This document shows positions 22,732 through 32,536 of a stretch of DNA of 32,536 bases, one piece after another; the stretch's first letter is position 1, and each line of letters begins with the position of its first letter. Made by a program: the position numbers and the translations under genes. Below the pieces are notes generated by a model. That model was not told the origin of the DNA. It made no database searches and worked only from the letters and a program-made list of their open reading frames with translations. The DNA comes from Octopus sinensis (taxonomy: Eukaryota): NCBI RefSeq assembly GCF_006345805.1, contig NW_021832166.1, forward strand, positions 1-32,536, written 5' to 3'.

Positions 22732-22952
22732 TGACTGACACTATGGGCATCTTTTACTTTTGGTGGATTTCTTGTAGCAAGACTGAAGTCTTTCTGCAAC
22801 TGACGCCTCATTGTCTTAGTTCTTCATGTTACTGTTGCAGGCAACAGCTTTTCTACGATTCCGGCTGGATGTGTGCAACTAGGGAAGCAACACTGAAGCC
22901 ATGAATCATATGACCATTTTGAAGAGCTGTAGCACGAGGCCTCTGCCTGACC

Positions 22953-23484
22953 TGTTTCTTTACTACCCACAAGGGGCCAAACACAGAGACGACAAACAAG
23001 GACAGACAAACGGATTAAGTCGATTATATCGACACCAGTGCGCAACTGGTACTTATTTAATCGATCCTGAAAGGATGAAAGGCAAAGACGACCTCGGCAG
23101 AATTTGAACTCGAAATGTAGCGGCAGACGAAATACCTATTTCTTTACTACTCACAAGGGGCTAAACACAGAGACGACAAACAAGGACAGACAAACGGATT
23201 AAGTCGATTATATCGACCCCAGTGAGTAATTGGTACTTATTTAATCGACCCCGAAAGAATGAAAGGCAAAGTCGACGTCGGCGGAATTTGAACTCAGAAC
23301 GTAGCGGCAGACGAAATACCTATTTCTTTACTACCCACAAGGGGCTAATCAACGGATTAAGTCGATTATATCGATCCCAGTGCGTATCTGGTACTTATTT
23401 AATCAACCCCGAAAGAATGAAAGGCAACGTCGACCTCAAGCATTTCGCCCGGTGTGCTAACGTTTTCTGCCAGCTCGCCGCCTT
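22953..23484 (-). mobile_element. SINE family B multimer: one head plus three body units
   Basis: 184-bp units at 22953-23136 and 23137-23320; a deleted third unit plus head at 23321-23484. Confidence 0.9.
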
Positions 23485-23812
23485 AGGCCTCTGCATGACC
23501 TGCCAAACGATTCGTACCCATCTATCTCTTACAGATACAGTAATGCTTACTGAAATAAGAGATGAAAGCCTCAAGTCAGCCTTCACGAAACAGACCTATG
23601 ATGAAAGACATTGCAACTGGAACCGACCTATATTTTTCATGTTGCGAAAAATACAAGAACTCAAGTCCAACGTGTATCGTGTCGTTTACGACGAATTTTG
23701 TATGCGAGTTAAGGACAATTTAGCGGTTATAAAGCCGGGGTTCGATTGGTGGAGCCTGAAGTCTTGTTGTTTTTCTGCTATCTCTCTTTCTCCCCCCCTC
23801 TCTCTCTCTCTT

Positions 23813-23868
<56 letters not shown>

Positions 23869-23935
23869 ACATATAAGAGAAATAAACATATATGCGCGCG
23901 CGACTGTGTGAGCGTGTGTTTAAAGATAAAGAGGC

Positions 23936-24019
<84 letters not shown>

Positions 24020-24086
24020 TGGATATATCTATAAATGTTCTAAAATTTACTCAGCCTTGGTTTTTTTATTTCATTACGAAAAAATT

Positions 24087-24130
<44 letters not shown>

Positions 24131-24453
24131 AGATTTGTTATGTAAAGCCAGAACAATGCGAGAAGGTACACACCCACACTCGCGAACATACACACACACA
24201 CACACACATACACAAAGAGAGAGTTGAGTAGTTTGTTTATTTTCTTATGTCTGCACCAGTTTGTTGTAACAGCAATGCCTAACTGTATGAGTTTATGAAT
24301 AAACACTGACAGGAAATAGGACAGACAATATATTCTAAATATACAAAGTTTCTCATACGCGCACATATACATAAAACCAACCTACACTCACACACACACG
24401 CTTATGTATATGTATGTGTGTGAGTGTGAGAAAGAGAGAGAGAGAATAGAGAA

Positions 24454-24495
<42 letters not shown>

Positions 24496-24571
24496 TATAG
24501 TACGTTTAAATATTTGTTGTGCAAGATTTTTTATTGGCTAAACTGGCAAAATGACCATTCCGAATATAACA

Positions 24572-24608
<37 letters not shown>

Positions 24609-24702
24609 ATATATTTCAACATTGAGGGTAAAATTAATTATTAATCAATTTCAACCAAGTATTCAGTATGCAAAGGGACCATTTAAGGCGAATTCAAATT
24701 AT

Positions 24703-25058
24703 TACATTATATAAAAGGGCTAGTAAAATAAATTACTTTGCCGCATACTGAACTCATTAGAAATAGCAGCCAAAAAAAAAAAACTTTTCTAAAACTATTT
24801 CTAATACTTAAAGAAACCTCTCTCATATAGTGTTTGCTCAATTCAACTCACGGATATGGGGGTAGAGACATTAAAAAATCAAATGCAAAGGTGAGTTGAA
24901 TTGAGTTCCGTGAGTTGAATTGAGCAAACACTATATGAGAGAGGTTTTTTCTTTAAGTATTAGAAATAGTTTTTAGAAAAGTTTTTTTTGGCTGCTATTT
25001 CTAATGAGTTCAGTATGCGGCAAAGTAATTTATTTTACTAAGCCCTTTTAATAATGTA
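24703..25058. mobile_element. Foldback with ~152-bp near-perfect inverted arms and a ~52-bp spacer
   Basis: 24703-24854 is the reverse complement of 24907-25058, differing mainly in homopolymer lengths. Confidence 0.9.
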
Positions 25059-25126
25059 TATATATATATATATATATAATTATATAGCGGCGTACGTACC
25101 CTATATTCTCTTATATGTAAGTACAC

Positions 25127-25174
<48 letters not shown>

Positions 25175-25467
25175 ACACAGACAGAGATAGATAGAATGAG
25201 CAAGAGAAATCCAGTGGATTTCAGGAATTTCAACTGTGTTTCGTGGTCTGCTACCACAACAGCTCCTTTATAGGATCCAGTTAGCTCAAGAATTTAAACA
25301 TATACTTTCTATACAACTGATGCGCAAGTAAAAGTGGGAGGGAGTCCCCTAACGGAGTGTTTCACAGTTTGTTGAAGGCTCCTCCAAGAAATCGTGCCTG
25401 GCTTCATTCTTCAATCTCTAAGCATAATCAGCTGCTTATAATCAGCTATGAACTATGTAAGCACAAT

Positions 25468-25815
25468 GGTAAAGGGTAAAGACCCCTTTCGGTCATGAAT
25501 GACCATGGGATTGCACCTAGAAAGTTACCCTCCTAGACACAAGTCCGGGCGGGGTTGTTTATGGAAGACCAGCAGTCGCCCATGCATACCAGCCTCCCCT
25601 CTCCACGCCACCAGTGTTATCCAAGGGAAAGACAAAGGTCGATACAGCTTGGCACCAGTGACGTCGCAACTCATTTCTACAGCTGAGTCGAACTGGAGCA
25701 ACGTGAAATAAAGTGCCTTGCTCAAGAACACAACACGCAGCCCGGTCCGGGATTCGAGCTCACAACCTCACGATCGTAAGCTCGACGCTCTAACCACTGA
25801 GCCATGCGCCTTCAC
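25468..25815 (-). mobile_element. tRNA-derived SINE family D, full length, (TTTACCC)-type tail
   Basis: Minus strand starts GTGAAGGCGCATGGCTCAGTGGTTAGAGCG..GAGCTCGAATCCCGGACC (A and B boxes). Confidence 0.85.
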
Positions 25816-25947
25816 ACAATGGTGGCTAGCCTGATTAGCATATTTTGCTTTTGACTGCTCATCATGAATTAAACAATATCTATTTTTTGGCATAGCACAA
25901 TGTAAATCAGAGCAACTAAAATAGATTATTGTATTTAAATTTAGACG

Positions 25948-26229
25948 TGGGAAATACGCAGGTTGAGAACAATGAAGAGAGTGCACGTGATACCAGTAGT
26001 AATTGGCGGGCTAGGAAGTATCAGCACTCAACAATCAACAAGTTTCAAAAAGATTGATACAAATGTGAAGATAGAACACCTACAAAAATCACCATAGCTT
26101 GGAACTGCAAGGGTTCTCCGCAGTATTCTTGAAGCATGATCAATAAGTAAAAAAGTATTGTCTTAATCTGCTGGCCTAGACAGATGACTTCCCATCATAC
26201 CCAGCAAAATAAGCTGATAGTTTTAATCA
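25948..26229 (+). mobile_element. R4/Dong-like LINE 3' remnant (copy X)
   Basis: 25948-26139 translates WEIRRLRTMKRVHVIPVVIGGLGSI...LQKSP*LGTARVLRSILEA*, homologous to the C-terminus at 28253-28477 (IPIIVGALG..QKIALLGTAHILR); followed by a TAA tract. Confidence 0.75.
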
Positions 26230-26239
26230 AATAACAATA

Positions 26240-26285
<46 letters not shown>
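26230..26285 (+). repeat. (TAA)n microsatellite between two Dong-like copies
   Basis: Directly visible. Confidence 0.95.
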
Positions 26286-28574
26286 CTAACAGGAATGCAC
26301 AAAAAGCTGGCTGAAAACTTTAACAGCATACTAGCAGAGCCAGAGACAATGCCTGAATGGCTCACGAAGGGGAAAACCATCTTAATTCCCAAATCAAATG
26401 AAACAGCAAAACCAGAAAACTACAGACCAATAACCTGCCTCCCTACTATGTTCAAGGCAGTTACTGCAGTGATATCGCAAAGGCTGAACAACACCTGGAC
26501 GAAAACAAACTGTTCCCAGAAGAGCAGAAGGATGCCGCAAAGGCTCATATGGCTGTAAAGATCAACTAATGATTAATAAAGCCGTAACTGAAGACAGCCA
26601 CAGAAAGAAGAAAGGCCTCAGTATGGCCTGGATTGACTACAAAAAGGCGTTTGATAGCATCCCCTACACATGGATCCTCGAAACACTAGCCATTAACAAA
26701 GTAGCACCAACAATCATAAAATTCATAGAGCACTCTATGAATAAATGGCAAACAGTCCTACACCTCCAAACAAAGAGGGACTCATGAAAACCAAAGACAT
26801 CCCCATTAGAGAGGAATATTCCAGGGAGACACGCTCTCTCCACTCCTTTTCTGCTTGGCACTGTCACCTCTATCTGATATGCTAAATAGAACTGGATGCG
26901 GATATAATGTTACGGCAAAACGATCAGCCACCTTTTATATATGGATACCTAAAACTATACGCTGCAAATGACAAACAGCTGGAAACACTATTAAAGACAG
27001 TTCATGGATTTACCAAAGAAATAGATATGAAATTTGGATTAGAAAAATGCGCCAAAGTAACCATGAAAAGAGGAAAACTAGTTAAGAGTAACAACATCAC
27101 ACTAGATAAAACCAATGAAATAAAAGAATTAGACCAAAGCCAAACTTACAAATACTTAGGAATCCATGAACTAGATAAGACACAACACACACAAATGAAA
27201 GAGAAATAAAAAAAGAATATTATAGACGAGTTAGATCAATACTAAAACAGAGCTCAATGCTAAAAACAAGATAATAGGTATCAACACTTTAGCTGTCCCA
27301 GTTATAAGTTACAGCTACAATATCCTTAATGGACACGAAATGAACTGTCCAAAATAGATAGGAAACAAGAAAAATACTGACAGGATCTAGGATGCATCAC
27401 CCAAAATCTGACATAGAAGACTATTTATACAACGTTTAGAAGGTGTAAGGCCTATACAGCTGGAAAACTACTATAAAATATCCACCATAGGACTGCAAAA
27501 ATACCTACTTCAGAAGGAAGGAAAACTGATCCAGATAGCAGCAAAACACGAGCAAAACAAAAAACTGTTCTCAGTATTTAAGGAAGCTGACAAATACAAC
27601 AAGAAATCAACCACCTAATAAACACGAAGAAGAAGAAGATGATGAAAAACAACAAAAGCTATAAAACAATGAAATCCAAACTAAAAATAGAACAGCAACG
27701 AACCATGATAAAACGATGGCAAGAAAGCCCCTTCATGGTAAATACTGCACTAAACTAAACGCAAAAGAAATAGACAAAGAAAAATCCCAGCAATGGTTGA
27801 GAAGCTCAGGACTCAAAGCAGAGACAGAGGGAGTTTTAATTGCAGTACAAGACCAAAGCCTCCCCACCAGAAATTACCAAAAACATGTAAAAAGAAATAT
27901 TACAAGTAACTGCAGAATATCTGGAGATGGACAAGAAACAATAAATCATATTATCTCTAGCTGCCAGTCCTGGCTAAGAAGGAATATATTCACAGACATG
28001 ACAGAGTTGGAACCTACATACATTGGAAGCTATGCCAACATTATGGAATAACAACAGAAAAAAGATGGTATAGGCACACACCAGAAAAGGTCACAGAAAA
28101 CGAGAAGCAACCATACTCTGGGATATGCCGATACACACAGATAGAGAAATTAAGGCCAACAGACCAGATATAGTTGTCAGAGATCATGAAGAAAAAAAAT
28201 GCTTTCTAATTGATGTATCAATACCAGCAGATGACAACGTGTCTCTAAAGAAATGGAGAAACTCTCAAAATACAAAAACCTGGAAATAGAGGTAACTAGA
28301 ATGTGGAACCTGAAAACAGAAACAATTCCTATCATAGTAGGTGCATTAGGCATGATAAAAAAATATTCAGACAAATACATAACAAAAACACCAGGACTTA
28401 CAAACACATATAACATACAGAAAATTGCACTACTAGGCACTGCACACATCCTACGCAGAACACTTTCCATACAATAACCATCAGAGCATCACAACAAATC
28501 ACAGCACATACCCAAGGCACACAGAGCTGCGCTCGGTAGTGAAGTGAAAGCACGCTATAAAAATATAACTACTG
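26286..28574 (+). mobile_element. 5'-truncated, frameshifted R4/Dong-clade non-LTR retrotransposon (copy Y): RT, CCHC knuckle, restriction-like endonuclease, 3' UTR
   Basis: RT motifs NYRPITCLPT, AWIDYKKAFDSIP, GIFQGDTLSPLLF and a frameshifted YMD(D); knuckle CRISGDGQETINHIISSC with one Cys lost; RLE motifs RPDIVV..LIDVSIP..KLSKYKNLE; stop at 28477; TAA tracts on both sides. Confidence 0.92.
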
Positions 28575-28593
28575 AATAATAATAATAATAATA

Positions 28594-28753
28594 TAGGAGT
28601 GGCTGTGTTGTAAGAAGTTTGTTTCCCAACCACATGGTTCTGGATTCAGTCCCACTGCGTGGCACTTTTGGCAAGTGTCTTCTACTATAGCCTTAGGTTG
28701 ACCAAAGCCTTGTGAGTGGATCTGGTAGACGGAAACTGAAAGAAGCTCGTCGC

Positions 28754-28832
<79 letters not shown>

Positions 28833-29053
28833 TGTGTGTATGTATGTATGTATTTGTGTGTACGTTTATGTATCTGTGTTTGTCCCCCCCAACATCGCTT
28901 GACAACCGAAGCTGGTGTGTTTACGTCCCCGTAACTTAGCGGTTCGGCAAAAGAGACGGAAAGAATAAGTACTAGGCTTACAAAGAGTAAGTCCTGGGGT
29001 CGATTTGCTCCAGCATGGCCACAGTCAAATGGCTGAAACAAGTAAAAGAGTAA
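28594..29053 (+). mobile_element. SINE family A, immediately after the Dong TAA tail
   Basis: Matches family A; small internal deletion near the tail. Confidence 0.9.
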
Positions 29054-29586
29054 CCAAGCAGTGGCTTTCATGGCTTCTGATCTTAACTGATTGGAAGTGT
29101 TATCAAGTACATTGTTTTGTTTTGGTATAAAATGGGCTACAACCAATATTCTGCTCAATACCACAGATTTGCTTGTCAGTTGCTTGACCATGACCAGTTG
29201 AGCATGTCCCTCAGTGGCTGACGATATGTGCATCTCTGATCACGAACAGTAGTGGGGGAACATCATAATCATGTGTTGAGAGGAATTCTTTGGGGTTTTA
29301 ATAACTCACCTCCGGAAACATGTGTATTTCATTCATCATCCTTAAACAAACCTTATTCAGGGACCTTTTTAGTGGGATGGGCTACTCGACCTGAAGAAAA
29401 TTCCAACTGAGCCCCCACCTGCAAGGTCATGCACTGTTTATCTTGATATAAGATCACCATGTCGCGCACATATGGTTGTGATGCATGTGCCTGGTGTACT
29501 CTTATCAGACGGGTAGTCATGATGGGTATATTGGGCTTCGTATATTTGTAATCCAGTGTCACTTTGATGGCATGCGCTGCTCTCTC
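29054..29586. repeat. ORF-less ~530-bp probable dispersed repeat abutting a (TAA)n tract
   Basis: Complex non-coding sequence ending CTCTCTC-(AAT)n; single copy in this window, so repeat status is inferred. Confidence 0.4.
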
Positions 29587-29622
<36 letters not shown>

Positions 29623-29623
<1 letters not shown>

Positions 29624-29839
29624 GCTTCAAATTTTGCCACTAGGTCAGCGATTGGTGGGCGGTGGGGGGAAAGTCGATTACATCGACCCCCAGTTCTCAA
29701 TTAGTACTTTTTTATCGATCCCAAGAGAATGAAAGGCAAAGTCGACCTCTGCGAATGTGAACTCAGAACGCAAGGACGGACGGAATCTTGCAAAAACATT
29801 TTGTTCGGTGAGCTAATGATTCTGCTAACTCACGCCTTG
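29623..29839 (-). mobile_element. SINE family B variant with a different 3' tail, flanked by TAA tracts
   Basis: Family B head and central domain in reverse; tail ..GGCAAAATTTGAAGCC(ATT)n. Confidence 0.8.
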
Positions 29840-29862
29840 AAATAATAATAATAAGAAGAAGA

Positions 29863-30598
29863 ATATGCCAATACACGCAGATAGAGCGATCGAGACTAAT
29901 AGACCGGATATGGTCATCAAAAATCATCAAGAAAAAATGCCTTCTAATCGACGAATCAGTCCTAACAAATAACAATGTACTTCTGAAAGAAACAAAGAAA
30001 CTCTAAAAATACAAAGATCTGGAAATAAAGATAACCCGAATGTGGAGCCTAAATATAGAAATAATCCCTATAATGATAGGTGCATTATGTATGATTAAAA
30101 AGCATACAGACAAATACATAACATCGGGACTTATGAATATATAACATTTAACATTGTCCCGAGGGAGATCAAAGAGGAAAAGGATCCCATCAACTTTAAA
30201 CAGAGTCTGGATAGACTCCTTCAAAGAATACCAGATAAGCCACCATAATTGGATACAACTCCCAACAAGAACTCACTACTTGAACAAAACTGGATACAAC
30301 TCACCCAACAAGAACTCACTACTTGACAAAACTTGACTTGAACAAAACTTGACTTAAACAGGATTCGAATAATCCTATCGGGTGGTGCTATTAAGTTAGA
30401 CATGGCCTGGACCAATCTTTGGTCGAAACATATCTAAGTTTATCTAAGTTTATATATCATACAGAAAATAGCTCTACGTAAAGCACTCTCAGGCCAATGA
30501 AAATAACAACACCAAAACAAACTACAGCCCATACCCAAGGCATACAGAGCTGCGGCCGGTAGTGCGGTGAAAGCATACGATAAAAATAAGACTGCCGG
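29863..30598 (+). mobile_element. R4/Dong 3' fragment (copy Y'), same lineage as copy Y, interrupted by a CR1-like insert
   Basis: Nucleotide-alignable with 28125-28574 (RPD region, then 3' UTR CATACCCAAGGCA(C/T)ACAGAGCTGCG); ends in ATAATAAT. Confidence 0.85.
30148..30450 (+). mobile_element. CR1-like LINE 3' fragment with tandem-repeat tail and candidate 10-bp TSD
   Basis: Translates FNIVPREIKEEKDPINFKQSLDRLLQRIPDKP; tail (TATCTAAGTT)2; flanks TATATAACAT (30138) and TATATATCAT (30451). Confidence 0.7.
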
Positions 30599-30605
30599 AT
30601 AATAA

Positions 30606-31606
30606 TGGAAAAAGTAAGTTATTGCTTGGCAAATACCCTAAAAGGGCCAGTGATCCGGATATAGGAACAAATATGACTCATCAATAGTTGGCTGCATCTA
30701 GACTTAAATAAGAAACACAGGGCTTCATTATATAGCAGTCCAGGATCAATGTTTGCCCGCCAGAAACGAGAATTCTTAAAAATGGTGCAGAGCTTGCCTG
30801 CTACTTCTCTGATGCAGCCGGGGAAACAATTGACCACTTCATTTCTGGTTGCTCTGTACTAGCCTCAAATGAAAACATTGTTCGCTATGAAAGACTTGGC
30901 CAGTATATGCACTGGCTCATTTGCAGTAAGTCTGAACTCTTATATGAAGAGAACTGGTAGGAACATAAGCCTGCTAAAATTGTAGAAAATGAAAATCACC
31001 GTTCTTTGGGAATTCAAGTATTCAAACACCACGAAATAGACCAGATTTTTTTTTATTTCTTTATTGCCCACACAGAGACGACAAACAAGGACAGACAAAG
31101 GGATTAAGTCCATTAGACCGGCACCAGTGCGTAACAGGTACTTATTTAATCGACCCCGAAAGGATGAAAGGCAAAGTCGACCTCGGCGGAATTTGAACTC
31201 AGAACGTAGTAGCAGACGAAATAAGTTCAGGCTTATACCTGTGATTATTGGGGCCCTGGGATATGTAACACACTGCCTAAATATCATATCTTGAGAAATT
31301 AGGTTTCTCAAACGACCAGAAAGGAGAAAGCTAATTCGAAGATCCAATCCATCACTGGAACTGTAAAAAATTGTATAACTGTCCAGAAGTTTATCATTTA
31401 AATAAATATATATGAGCATGTCTAGATATGCAACTATATGCATGAGAATACAAGCATAAGACAAAACATACAAATCTGCACATATACATACATCCAAACA
31501 AACAAAAATACCCTGTTATTGATATTGAAATTCCAATGAAGGAGCCTTGGATTTAGGTTAGAAACCGGTTCTTTCTCTATTGGCAAGAAATCTTGAAATA
31601 AAGCTG
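30606..31606 (+). mobile_element. R4/Dong 3' fragment of a third lineage (copy Z), interrupted by SINE B
   Basis: Translates LLGKYPKRAS..THQ*LAASRLK*ETQGFI..QDQ..ETIDHFISGCSVLA..HWLIC, then KFRLIPVIIGALG..; stop at 31401; ends CTG-AATAAT. Confidence 0.8.
31046..31223 (-). mobile_element. Headless SINE family B body unit
   Basis: Matches the 22953 units; ends at GACGAAATA, the multimer junction. Confidence 0.88.
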
Positions 31607-31616
31607 AATAATGACT

Positions 31617-31785
31617 CACATACATACATACATACATACATGCATACATGCATACATACATACATACACACACACATACATACATACATACATACATACA
31701 CACACACATACATACATACATACATACACACACACACATACATACATACACACATACATACATACATACATACATACACACACAT

Positions 31786-31816
<31 letters not shown>

Positions 31817-32035
31817 TATACATACATACACACATATACATACATACATGCATACATACACACACACACATATACATACATACATACACACATACATACA
31901 CACACACATACATACATGCATACATACATACATGCATACATACATACATACATACATACATACATACATGCATACATACATACATACATACATACATACA
32001 TACATACATACATACATACATACATACATACATAC
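31617..32035 (+). repeat. Compound (TACA)n/(CA)n microsatellite
   Basis: Directly visible. Confidence 0.98.
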
Positions 32036-32139
32036 GATTCTACGCCGTAGACACAAATACACCCACTCGCTCAAATTTTTCTATCTTCAGTAATACACTA
32101 AATAGCACCGACATTAATACAGCACACGTTCCCCAACCC

Positions 32140-32235
32140 CAACCTACACCAACCAACCAACCAACAAACCAACCAACCAACCAGCCAGCAAGCCAACCAA
32201 CCAACCAACCGTCCAACCAGTCAACCAGCTTACCA
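32140..32235 (+). repeat. (CCAA)n microsatellite
   Basis: Directly visible. Confidence 0.95.
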
Positions 32236-32377
32236 GCCAGCACATAATTTAACAACAGAGGCATCTGACGTTAAAATAATATTAGGACCATCTGTCACGT
32301 GTCACAGTATTAACACACTATATTCCCCACCGCTGCCCGTCTTCTATTTCTCTCTACCACTCTCCCTCTCCTTCTCT

Positions 32378-32426
<49 letters not shown>

Positions 32427-32536
32427 TCTACTTCCGCCTTAAGTCTCCTTTTACATTTAATGTCTCTCAGTTCAACCAGGAATCTGCGTATTTGCTCTAA
32501 CTCTAGACACGTGCCCATATATATATATATATATAT

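Noticed and set aside
22770-22950. GC-richer stretch that might be a coding remnant
   Set aside because: No frame gives a recognisable motif.
25230-25265. GTGGT/ACCAC hairpin followed by GAAAC on the minus strand
   Set aside because: No CTGANGA core at the required position.
26286-28574. Active retrotransposon or domesticated RT gene
   Set aside because: 5'-truncated, multiple frameshifts including the YMDD motif, and a knuckle cysteine is lost.

Overview
AT-rich, microsatellite-saturated, apparently non-genic eukaryotic DNA. The repeat families suggest an octopus or other cephalopod genome (inferred from recognising the repeats, not from a search). I cannot support any host protein-coding exon; almost all listed ORFs are translations of simple repeats. 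The window contains at least five tRNA-derived SINE families (about 25 copies or fragments), non-autonomous Helitrons, a Tigger/pogo-type MITE, several foldback elements and a CR1-like 3' fragment. Two signals stand out. (1) From 25.9 to 31.6 kb, four same-strand R4/Dong-clade non-LTR retrotransposon pieces (RT and/or restriction-like endonuclease) from about three lineages each end in a TAA tract, forming an array in a (TAA)n target. (2) At least seven minimal type I hammerhead-ribozyme-like motifs with mostly unrelated flanking sequence, most with a palindromic or near-palindromic helix III, lie in short fragments among AT-rich or microsatellite DNA. They probably derive from Penelope-like elements. 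Every motif departs from the hammerhead consensus somewhere, so activity is untested.
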